Below the pieces are notes generated by a model, which saw nothing but the letters and a program-made list of their open reading frames with translations, was not told where the DNA came from and made no database searches. From Guillardia theta CCMP2712 (taxonomy: Eukaryota > Protista > Cryptophyta): 64,000 nucleotides of DNA. Shown here in pieces: positions 53,930 to 64,000 of this stretch; position 1 is the first letter of the stretch, and every line of letters begins with the position of its first letter. The position numbers were made by a program, and so were the translations under genes. The DNA is taken from the NCBI RefSeq assembly GCF_000315625.1, contig NW_005434611.1, positions 312,045 through 376,044 of the forward strand, in the 5' to 3' direction.

Positions 53930-55074
53930 GACATGTACTCTTACACCTCCTACTGTATCTCTCATGTATACTCTTACACCTCCTACTCTATCTGTCATGT
54001 ACTCTTACACCTCCTACTGTATCTCTCATGTATACTCTTACACCTCCTACTCTATCTGTCATGTACTCTTACACCTCCTACTCTATCTCTCATGTATACT
54101 CTTACACCTCCTACTCTATCTGTCATGTACTCTTACACCTCCTACTGTATCTCTCATGTATACTCTTACACCTCCTACTGTATCTCTCATGTACTCTTAC
54201 ACCTCCTACTGTATCTCTCATGTATACTCTTACACCTCCTACTGTATCTGTCATGTACTCTTACACCTCCTACTGTATCTCTCATGTATACTCTTACACC
54301 TCCTACTGTATCTGTCATGTATACTCTTACACCTCCTACTGTATCTCTCATGTACTCTTACACCTCCTACTCTACCTGTCATGTATACTCTTACACCTCC
54401 TACTGTATCTCTCATGTACTCTTACACCTCCTACTGTATCTCTCATGTATACTCTTACACCTCCTACTCTATCTGTCATGTACTCTTACACCTCCTACTG
54501 TATCTGTCATGTACTCTTACACCTCCTACTCTATCTGTCATGTATACTCTTACACCTCCTACTCTATCTCTCATGTACTCTTACACCTCCTACTCTATCT
54601 GTCATGTATACTCTTACACCTCCTACTCTATCTCTCATGTACTCTTACACCTCCTACTCTATCTGTCATGTATACTCTTACACCTCCTACTGTATCTGTC
54701 ATGTACTCTTACACCTCCTACTCTATCTGTCATGTATACTCTTACACCTCCTACTGTATCTGTCATGTACTCTTACACCTCCTACTGTATCTCTCATGTA
54801 TACTTTTACACCTCCTACTGTATCTGTCATGTACTCTTACACCTCCTACTCTATCTGTCATGTATACTCTTACACCTCCTACTGTATCTGTCATGTACTC
54901 TTACACCTCCTACTCTATCTGTCATGTACTCTTACACCTCCTACTGTATCTGTCATGTACTCTTACACCTCCTACTGTATCTGTCATGTACTCTTACACC
55001 TCCTACTCTATCTGTCATGTACTCTTACACCTCCTACTCTATCTGTCATGTACACTCTTACACCTCCTACTCTA
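53930..55074. repeat. 31/33-bp minisatellite CATGTA(TA)CTCTTACACCTCCTACT(G/C)TATCT(C/G)T
   Basis: About 36 head-to-tail copies. Confidence 0.95.
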
Positions 55075-55145
55075 TTAGCAGTCAATTCAGGTGAGAGATA
55101 GGAGCAAGCATAAGTGCTAACGTGTAACGTGTAACCAGTAACTGT

Positions 55146-55263
55146 ATACGTACATGTTCTATACATACATGTTCTATACGTACATGTTCTACACATACAT
55201 GTTCTATACGTACATGTTCTATACGTACATGTTCTATACGTACATGTTCTATACGACATGTTC
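55146..55263. repeat. 15-bp tandem repeat TACGTACATGTTCTA
   Basis: About 7-8 copies; contains the palindromes TACGTA and ACATGT. Confidence 0.9.
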
Positions 55264-55311
55264 TCATCGTCGTGTTGCTAGTAAACCGCTGGAGTTCTCT
55301 CGCTCATTTAT

Positions 55312-57114
55312 TTAGACCATGTGATGCCTCCCCAGCCTCCTCCGCTTCAAGAACGACCGTATCCTCTGAACCAGCGCCCTCTTGAGCCAGGCAAGACTGA
55401 CACATCGGCAACGATGCAGACAAGTCAGCAGCAGCAACAAGAGCATCAAGTTTTCGGGTGACAGGAGGAACAAGTCGATTGAAGAGCTCACGCACTCGCT
55501 GTGATATCTGCTGACTCCTTGTCGGTCGCAACGGTTGTACCTTGCTAGGGGGTGTGCTTCCGTCGTGAAGACAAAGTCATCCAAAGACACAGCAGCATCG
55601 TCGAAGATCAGATACAAGTACTTGAGAGTCTCTGCAATGAAGTAGGAAGGCATATTGTCATTCTTGGACCCATTCACGTCGTTGACGTTCACAAGGCCCG
55701 AGTAGCCTCCGGACTCAACTTTGCAGTATTTCTCGATGCTGCGAAAGATTTCCCAGGCGATCTCGCGGTATCTCCCGTCCTTGGTGACTCGGAAGAGGAT
55801 GAACAGACTCTCGACGGTCTCAGGGCGGAGGAGGTACTCGGGTGAGTTCGCCGTGAACTGATCACCGCACACGCTCCCAGTGTCAGGCGCGAGGCCAGTA
55901 GGAGAAGCTTGATAGAGGTAGATACAGGACTCCATGAGCCGCCTCGCCAGGCTCAGCTGAGAGCTCCTGTTGCCCTTGAGTTGAGAGGCTCCCAGCGCGA
56001 GCATTCCAGGAACAAAGCAAGTGAGGTGCTCATAGTCGCAGCGGCGGTTGACGAGGAAGTCAACGCCATGCACGCGGCGGATCAGCTGGTTGGCATGTCC
56101 GTCAAGGAGGCGAGAGGTGAGCCACTCGTACATGTCGACCAGCTGAGAGCGCGACGAGCTCTGCAGCAGCTGCTCTTTCAGCAAGTACTCGAAGAAGGAA
56201 TCCCCTCCGCTCCCGAGCGTCGCCTCGCTGCCTTCCAGCTGATTGAACAAGGGGCGGTAGGAGCGGGAGAGTCGGGGAGGAGTATCCCACCATAGCGGCA
56301 GAGGCTTCGAGCTGTTCCTGCCCCCCAACTTCTTCCATGCCGCATGAATCTCGGCGAGCACTCGGTCGGCAGCCTCCTCGTACCGCCGCGCTCCCGTCTC
56401 TCTGGTCAAGTAGCGGAGCTCCGGGCCCATGGACCCGATGCCCACCAAGGAGTTTCTCCATATGGCCGAGTCGTAGGAGGCCCGGATGAAGTCCATCGTC
56501 CTGCTCACCAGCCACGTCACCGGCCGTCGCTTCCGATCGACGAAGCGGAAGTGCATGTACGGCAGGCCCGATGGGTTCTGCATCGCCTCCAGGACGTTGT
56601 CTGCTGCTCGGCTCGCCAAGTCTAGGAATCGAGCATCGCCGGTGAGGGAGTGAACGCTGAGAAGACCTCCCACGATCCTGATGTGATACTCGAACACCTT
56701 GCTCGGAAAGATGGCGTCCCCAGGCACTCCCCCTGCGAGCACTTGCTGCGCCGCCTCGTGAAACAGGTCCTGGCAGCCCGAGAGGTACAAGGTGTCGAGA
56801 GAGTCGAAGAGCGTCAGCCTCGCGTTCATCCAGTTGTCCACCCCCCGAGACACAGGCTTCAGGTCATCCCCCAGCCTCCCATACTTCATGTACCCGCTCC
56901 ATGCATGCCGGATCGCTTCCCGTACCTGAGCCCGTCTGGACGCGAGGGTCAGGGTCAGGGGGGCGGGAAGGGCAAGGGAGCGCTGTGGTGGAAGGGGAGG
57001 AGGGAGAGAGGGAGCATCAGGAAGATGAGGCGAGCATCGGGTGAGTGAGAGGAGGAGGAGGAGGAGGAGGAGGAGGAGTCGCTCCGTACGCTTGCTGCCA
57101 TATCGCCATGCCAT
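55312..57114 (-). CDS. Glycoside hydrolase family 47 alpha-1,2-mannosidase, single exon
   Basis: HAWSGY..DDLKPVS, TLFDSLDTLY, VFEYHIRIVGGLLS, GDSFFEYLLK, HLTCFVPGMLALG, YLLRPETVESLF, SYFIAETLKYLYL, FTTEAHP. Confidence 0.95.
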   Translation of the reverse strand: MAWRYGSKRTERLLLLLLLLLLSLTRCSPHLPDAPSLPPPLPPQRSLALPAPLTLTLASRRAQVREAIRHAWSGYMKYGRLGDDLKPVSRGVDNWMNARLTLFDSLDTLYLSGCQDLFHEAAQQVLAGGVPGDAIFPSKVFEYHIRIVGGLLSVHSLTGDARFLDLASRAADNVLEAMQNPSGLPYMHFRFVDRKRRPVTWLVSRTMDFIRASYDSAIWRNSLVGIGSMGPELRYLTRETGARRYEEAADRVLAEIHAAWKKLGGRNSSKPLPLWWDTPPRLSRSYRPLFNQLEGSEATLGSGGDSFFEYLLKEQLLQSSSRSQLVDMYEWLTSRLLDGHANQLIRRVHGVDFLVNRRCDYEHLTCFVPGMLALGASQLKGNRSSQLSLARRLMESCIYLYQASPTGLAPDTGSVCGDQFTANSPEYLLRPETVESLFILFRVTKDGRYREIAWEIFRSIEKYCKVESGGYSGLVNVNDVNGSKNDNMPSYFIAETLKYLYLIFDDAAVSLDDFVFTTEAHPLARYNRCDRQGVSRYHSECVSSSIDLFLLSPENLMLLLLLLTCLHRCRCVSLAWLKRALVQRIRSFLKRRRLGRHHMV

Positions 57115-57218
57115 GCACCACTCATTAAAATTGATGAATAGTTTTACTCAACAACACCATGAAGCAGCTGTGGAGCTGCGATGCTGGCCCGGAAAGGAGA
57201 AGGGGAGAGAGGGAGGGA

Positions 57219-57500
57219 AGATGAGAAGATAACAAGATGAGGAGATGAGAAGATGAGAAGATGAGAAGATGAGAAGATGAGAAGATGAGGAGATGAGGAG
57301 ATGAGAAGATGAGAAGATGAGAAGATGAGAAGATGAGAAGATGAGAAGATGAGAAGATGAGAAGATGAGAAGATGAGGAGATGAGAAGATGAGAAGATGA
57401 GAAGATGAGAAGATGAGAAGAAAAGAAGATGAGGAGATGAGGAGATGAGAAGAAAAGAAGATGAGGAGATAAGAAGATGAGGAGATAAGAAGATGAGAAG
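57219..57500. repeat. (GAGAAGAT)n octamer repeat between the divergent GH47 and KIN17 starts
   Basis: About 35 copies visible. Confidence 0.92.
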
Positions 57501-57571
57501 ACAGGGAAATGCAACTGATGCATAGATCTGTTTTTATTGTAGATTGCTCTCTCACAACTTGTAGCAGGAAA

Positions 57572-59000
57572 ATGGGAAAGAGCGATGGCTTCTTGACGCC
57601 CAAGGCGATCAGCAATCGCATCAAAGCCAAGGGCTTGACGAAGTTGCGATGGTACTGCCAGCTCTGTCAGAAAGCTTGTCGAGATGAGAATGGCTACAAA
57701 TGCCATACCATGTCCGAGTCGCATCTTCGACAAGTGCGGGTGTTCTCGGAGTCTCCAGGCTCGTTCATTGAATACTACAGTAGAGAGTTCGAAGATGCTT
57801 TCATGGAGGTCCTCCGAAGGAAAGGCGAACATGTCCGCACAAAAGCAAATTCCATCTGGATGGAAGTGATCGCCGATCGCCATCACGTGCATCTTAACGC
57901 GACAAGATGGGTCAGTCTCACTGAGTTTGTCAAGTACCTCGGGCGAGAGGGGAAGGCTGAAGTCGACGAGGACGAGGAGGGCAAGTGGTACGTGCGCTAC
58001 GTCAACAGAGACCCCGAGAAGATACGGCGGCAGGAGGCGCTCGCAAAGAAGGAGAAGATGGACCTCGACGACCACGAGCGAGCGCAGAAGATGGTGGAGA
58101 GACAGATCAAGGAGGCTCAGAAGGCTCTGCAGAAGAAAGGCATCGACTCCGGCGCCAAGGCGGTGACGGAAGCAGACTGTGAGCTGAAGCGAGAGGAAGG
58201 AGACGTTATCTCGCTCGGTAGCCTGATGGGAGCAGCTAGCAGCAAAAGTAGCATCACAACGCAAAAGGCCTTCGACGAGGACGAGGACAAGGACACCAGA
58301 GCGTCGACGACCAAGGACGTGGGTGGTGGTGCGTCATCGAGCTCAGCGGGACAGAAACGGAAGCTGACAGCTGTGGAGGAGATCATGTTGAAGGAGAAGC
58401 GGCAGAAAGAGGAGGAAGCCCTGAAGAAGGCGAAGCAACAGGTGCGTGCAATAACAAGCTACATGGATGTGACAAGGCGTCGCAGGAGGAAGAGAGCCAA
58501 CGATGCGAGCATGAGGACTGGCTGCATCGGGGGATCGTTGTGAAGGTCTTGAACAAGAAGCTCGCGGATGGCAAGTACTACAAGCAGAAGGGTGTAGTCC
58601 AGGTGCTTCCCAGCTGAAACCTCAGCTGAGACCTTTGGATGACAGTGACGGGTGCGCAGATGGTTCATGGCAAGTTCGTTGGAGAAGTGAAGATGAATGA
58701 GTCGGGGCACGTGCTCAAGCTCGACCAGGAGCACCTCGAGACCGTGTTGCCAAACTTCGGGGGCGAGGTAGGATGGCAGGGAATAGGGAGAGGCCGCTGA
58801 CAAGGTGCCAGGTCCTTGTGGTCAACGGCAAGTTCCGAGGTCAAGTTGGAGTGCTCAAGGCGCTGGAGGAGGACAAGTTCAGTGCTGTGTGAGTGAAGGG
58901 ACGCAAAGAGGGGGCGTGACTGATAGTTTCTCTCAGGGTGAGACTGGAAGATGGCAGTACCCGCAACATTCCATACGAACATGTGAGCAAGTTGGCGTGA
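57572..59000 (+). CDS. KIN17: KIN17 DNA/RNA-binding protein (C2H2 Zn finger, winged helix, KOW); 5 exons
   Basis: MGKSDGFLTPKAISNRIKAKGLTKLRWYCQLCQKACRDENGYKCHTMSESHLRQ; HVHLNATRWVSLTEFVKYLGREG; WLHRGIVVKV..GKYYKQKG; KLDQEHLETVLP; PYEHVSKLA*. Confidence 0.96.
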
Positions 59001-59109
59001 GGGCGAAGGCAAGGATGGAGTAGATGTACACACATAGACATTTAGAATCTTTGTCTCTTCCCTCCCCGTCTCCTGCTTCACCTCTGCTTCACCCCTGTGC
59101 ACCTGCTCG

Positions 59110-60526
59110 TCATTTCCCTTTCTTGGGCGACGTGACAGACAACGGCCTGCACGCCTGAGCATCAGAGACATCCTTCTTCACTGTTCCCTCCTGCCTCTCC
59201 CATTTCCCTGAGCGCTCTCCCCCGCTCCTCCTTGCGCTACTCCTGCTTCTACCTGCACCCTCGATCCTCACCTGCCATGGTTGTAATGCTTCTCTCCTTC
59301 GTTTCGCCGATGCCGACGGTCCTTCGGTGTTATGATGGTGCTGGAGGTCGACGGTCAATCCGGTTGAGCGAGCAGGACCAGGCAAGGGGGAAAGCAGGAA
59401 AGGCAGGAAGGGAGAGGGGGTGGAGGAGGAGGAGGAGAAGGAAGACGAGGAGGAGGAGGTTAAGACTCACTCGTAGTGAGCCCAAGACTCGTGCCAAACG
59501 CCAACGCGTTGGATCGAAACTTCCCCAGCGCCAAGGTGACGATTATGCCGCGAACCAGCGGGAGCCTGTCACCCCTGTGACTCTGTAGTCCTCCTCCTCC
59601 TCCTCCTCTTCCTCCCCCTCCTCCTCCTCCTCCGACCTGCGGAATGTTTCGCCCTCCCCAAACTCCAACTCTTTCTGCGCAGACATCGTCGTCGTCCTCT
59701 TGCTGGCGCCATCACTCAGCCATTACGCCCTACATGCCTCTGCTACCGTTTGCGAGAAGTTTCTCAGTATCGCGATGGCCTGGGCGTTGTTGAAGTGCAC
59801 AGCAAGCTCGAGGGGCGTCATGCCGTCCTGCCATGTCAGTCAGATGCGACTCGCTCCCTGGGTGACTTTCCTTGTTTCGAATCCTCGGGTCTCCCTTATG
59901 AGACAGGAGCAGCTCACAAGCAGCTGCCGTCCCGTTCGCTGCCGCCCTATGACAGCGTCTCACCTCCTTCCCGCTGCCGTCACCTCTCTCACCAGTGCAG
60001 AGCTGTTCTGCCGTCGTCGTTGCGAGCATTGGGATCAGCCTTAAGCCGCAGCAGCGACTGCATGGCTGCTCGCCGAGTCAAGACCGTCTCAAGCACTTGC
60101 TCGCTCACTCACCTCGCACATGCCCGAATCTCGCTGCGTAGTGAAGCGCTGTGTGTCCATGCGACCCCCCCGTCTGCGAGAGTCTTGTGACAGGGCGATG
60201 CTTCTCCGACATCGTACCTCGTTGATGTCTCCCTTGGAGGCCAGGGCCTCAATCCTCGCGTGGTCTCCTGCCTTGGCTGCGATTCTGATCTCCCTGCCCA
60301 CGTCTGGCTTGTGGGGCTGCCTGCTGGCATCCAACGTCACTGAAGGACGGGGCAGAGAATAGAGGAGGGAGACAGCAAGGGAGGAGAGACAGCAAGGCGG
60401 GAAGAGGGGGGAGGGCAGCCTGTTGAGGAGCTTGAGCTTGTCGTGACCGAAGGCTTCTGTCCTCCACTCTCTGATGTTGTTGTGCCCTCTATGCCCATCC
60501 AGCGATGCCTCATGCCCGCTGAACAT
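59110..60526 (-). CDS. Ankyrin-repeat protein; multi-exon
   Basis: Spliced motifs GHTALHYAARFGH, ADPNARNDDGRTALHW|AAANG, GDPRIRNK..GMTPLELA. Termini are approximate. Confidence 0.75.
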
Positions 60527-61112
60527 GCCGCGCACTACTTGGCAGCTACTTGGCCGTTGAGATGGAAACGAGCGGGGATGAGGGCTTAGAACGCCTTATT
60601 ATTAGTGAGGGCCGGTCATTAGTCCGGTCATTGTATTTCGTTTTCTCTTTGTAGTCTAGCTAGTCTAGCGAAACCATGTTAGAGAGCAGGCAGTCGCTAC
60701 ACTTTTTCATTACCATCGTTTCAGTGCATTACCGAACCACAAACTTTGTAATGGCGGGAACTTGGCAGAGGCGCAAACCACAACCCGTGACTGCGACCAC
60801 AAACTTCTCAGTTTTTTTTAAGACCCTCAGACAGCCCCATTGGAAGGGTGAAACCTATCAAAGTATGGGTGGGTACCAATGACCCGAGTCCTTTGTCGAT
60901 TAAAGGTTAAAGAAGTTCACGGTTGTGTAGAAGACTTAGCAGGACTCCCAGCGAGCAGGAGGAGGAGAGGAGAGGAGAGGAGATGCCAGCCTTTCACTCG
61001 CTGTCAAGTCTAATTATTGGAGGGTTCTCTCTTCGACATTCAGCTGGTCCAGATCCGCGAGGAGCTGAGAGCATCTGCAGGCGCGTGAGGGACGCGAGGA
61101 GTAGCAAGCGAC

Positions 61113-64000
61113 TCACATGCTCGGGGCAGGAGCTTGGATGATGCTTTCAGGATCGGAGAAGCTGATGCAACGAGGAGGAGGAAGGAGCCAGGTAACCACA
61201 GAAGGCAAGGATGAGAGCGCTTGTTCGACTTGGTTGTGTCTGCTTGTTCCCACAAGCTTCGCCCTCATCTCCTGCAGCCGGTCCAACCTCTGACGCTCCT
61301 TCCCCACCTCCTTCCTCCCCGTCCCGTTGCAAGCCATATAAACTTCACCGAACCAGCGGAAAGCTTGCAGGACTTGAAGAACTTTGCCCTCCCGTCCCTC
61401 TCTTTCCCTCATCGGTTTCGCGTCGCCTTCCTCTTCCTCTCCTCCCATGCGCTCGAGACCACCACAGTCGTCGGGCAGCAGCGCGACTGCGAGCTCGGCG
61501 GCAGCCATGTAGTCCTTGAGAGCGAACAGCTGCGAGAGGGCGACGGCGAGCTCTTGCCCAGCCTTCTCCCTCTTCCCGCAGAACCCCAGCAGGACGGCGA
61601 GCAGGAAGCTTCTGGCTGCGCGGGCCTGCTGCCTGCGCGTCAAAATTTCCTCCATACCCCCCCTGAGGCTGCGAACCCACTCGCCTCGCTGCACGTCCTC
61701 CAGCAGCCTCTCAGCTCGTTCTCTCCTGTTTCGCCCCTCCTCCCCTTCTCCCCCGTCCAAGCTCGTCGCAGCCTCCAGTAGGATCCCAGCAAGCACCCCG
61801 TTGTTCTCTTCCTCGCATCCGCTTCCCCCCCAACCGCCCTCAGCCAGCCGCACGAGCTGGTCTGAGGGGTGGGGGAGGAGAAGGCGAAGGCGGTGGAGGA
61901 CGGAGAGCTCTGCGAGAGGCTGCGGCATAACTCGCAACTCGAGCGCGACGAGAAGTCGAAGGGATGAGCAGCCGGCAAGAGAGCATGACACCTCGCCCGC
62001 CTCCTCCAGCATCCCGACTGCCACCCACGTCATGCCGAGCAAGGAAGCCATGCGAGCATCACCTTCCCACAGCAGCCCCGCACATCGCAGCGTCCGAGCC
62101 TTCCCAGCCACGTCATCGTCGCTCGAGGGCAAGCAGCGACTCACCTCGCTCCTCGCCCCGAACTTCTCCGACAGCTTGTGAGCAGCCAGGAGCATGCTGG
62201 GCTCAGACCCGCGCGGTCCCCCCCCTTGCTCGAGCACAGCGATCGCCTCCGATGCCCTCCCGGCCCGTAGAAAGCACTGCAAGCAGCTCAACACAGACTC
62301 TCCTTCCCCTTCTCCTCCTCACCTGCGCCGCGTAGATTGGCCTATGAGCAGCTTGCAAGGCTTGAGCCCAGTCGGACCAGAGCTGCTGGAGAACAAGCTG
62401 GGAGGAGGAGAAGCGACAGCGAGCAAGAGCGATCGCATCTCGGTACATGCCAGCTCGGCGGTAAACAGCGACCGCATCCTCCACCTGCTCGTCTCGTCAC
62501 AGCCTCCACTCTCCACCGCTCCTCTACCCTGCCCTCCCGCCCTCCTCCCTCCTCCCCTTCAACCCTCCCGGTGCTTTGCTGCTCCAAGCAGCGCATCGCC
62601 CTCCCTCCCGAGCGACCTGATTGCACGCGAGCAGATGGGCGACAGCCTGGTGGGGCAGCTGCTGGGCCTCGAGCTGCTGAGAGTCAGGGAGGAGGAGGAG
62701 GAAGGGAAAGGCTGCCTGCTTGGCGAGCAGTCGGGAGGCAGCAGACCAGACGTCATGCCCAGCCAGGGGAGCGAGAGACACAAGCTCGCTTGTGAGTGCG
62801 CCGCGCTCTGCCGCCGTCGCCTGCCACTTGGTGAGCAGCTCTGAGACGAGCAGCAGCCGCAGATCCTCACCAGCGCTTCTGCTATGTCTCCGCGGAAGAG
62901 ACCCAAGCACGCGCTCTTGTTGTGCTCGCCAGCCGCCGCATGCTGCGAGGCTTGAGAACGAGTGTGGAGGAGGCAAGAGGACGAGAGGACCTGACGAGCC
63001 GTCGAGATGAGCAGGCGGGTCAGCTCGTGCTCTGTCTGGGAGGCGTCGAACTTGAAGGGCCGGGGAGGAGAGGGAGGAGGGGGAAGAAGATTTTCTTCTC
63101 CGGGACATGGGATGGCGAGCAGGTCATCGACGAGTTGAGTGGTTGCTGCTCTCCTGTCAGTTTCTCTCCTGCCTTATCCTTCCACTTCTTCCTTACCTCC
63201 CACCCATCGCTGCTCAGCCGCTAAGTTCGCAGCCTTCGCTTGAGTGCTGAGCAGAGACTCGATCTTCTTGCTCCGAGATCCCTTTGAAATGATACCCTCC
63301 CTATCCATGGAAGCGGACCTCGCATCCCCTTCCCCATCCTCCTTCGTCGATCGTTTCTCCTCCTCCTTCTTTTTCTTCGTTGTCTTCTCCTCCTTCTCCC
63401 CCCCCGTCTCGCCTGAGGTCGTTTGAGGAGCTTCAGCACCCTTGGCCTTGAGCTTCTTCTCGTTCTTCCACGTCTGCTTCCTCTGCTTCATCACTATCGC
63501 CATCTTCGTCTCGCTTGTCTCGCTCTTAGACGGTGGTCCTCCTTCCCAGCACTTCTCCACCTGATTCACGTCAGTCCTGTCGTTCCTTTCCCAGTGCCGG
63601 CTTGTCACTTGCAAAAACCCTGCTATCCCTTCCCTCCCTCCCTGCTCCTCTCCCTGCTCTCCTTCGCTTCTTCCCTTCCTTTCCTTTCCTTCCTTCTCTT
63701 CTCTTCTCTTCTCCTGTATTCTCTTCTTTCCCTGCTCTTTTCTTACCTCCCATATCCTTGCTGACTGATCGTCAGAACCGGTCACTAAGAGAGGATCTCC
63801 CCAGCTGTCTTCCAGCTGGGCTCGATCCCAGCTGTCTCCGAGCTTCCCCGCGGGGATCCAGCAGGCGGAGAAGACTCGCCCGTCGTGACCCCTCAAGCTG
63901 AAGAGCGGCGTGCGAGCGAGCACATCCCACACCTGCCCTAAGTGAGCCAAGCTCAAGGGGAGGAGGCGCCATGGAGGGAGAGAGGTTGGAGGGAGGGGGG
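61113..64000 (-). CDS. GEMIN5: Gemin5-like WD40 plus TPR-like protein (5' part beyond the window)
   Basis: WD40 LRGHDGRVFSACW..LVTGSDDQSARIW. Gemin5 dimerisation-region matches: GDIAEAL..AERGALTSELVSLAPLAGHDVW..LAKQ, HQAVAHLLACNQ, AVAVYRRAGMYRDAIALARCR..LWSDWA..AAQCFL. Confidence 0.8.

Noticed and set aside
53924-55101. Three overlapping 357-384-aa ORFs
   Set aside because: They result from a stop-free tandem repeat unit; there is no other evidence of coding.
57125-58264. 379-aa minus-strand ORF
   Set aside because: Antisense shadow of KIN17 plus the octamer repeat.

Overview
Gene-dense eukaryotic nuclear DNA with many short (about 45-70 nt) GT-AG introns, introns often filled with GAG/CCT-type microsatellites, and three N gaps. 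Intron size, bipartite N-terminal targeting sequences and sequence style suggest a cryptophyte alga (Guillardia-like); this is inference, not a database match. Most real genes appear only after manual splicing, so the ORF track is largely misleading. About 20 genes are supportable: a plastid-targeted helical-repeat protein, LpxD, an AmtB-type ammonium transporter, an SK/KCNN-like K+ channel with an IQ motif, an ABHD11-like hydrolase, a DHHC-family acyltransferase (DHFC variant), an OSBP/ORP, an intronless GH47 mannosidase, KIN17, Gemin5, two ankyrin proteins, a PH/coiled-coil protein and several coiled-coil or unknown proteins. Two architectures stand out. (1) A signal-peptide-bearing PPDK regulatory protein (PDRP/DUF299 kinase-pyrophosphorylase) fused to two tandem Cys-less LOV-like PAS domains (15458-18790). 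(2) A receptor-like protein with signal peptide, Kelch, IPT/TIG and one TM segment, ending in a cytoplasmic MDM2-type C2H2C4 RING (30553-36288; spans an N gap). Non-coding features include several minisatellites, a dispersed ~29-bp motif, and recurrent CCGG-rich and TACCC-rich intergenic blocks. Many gene starts and ends are approximate.
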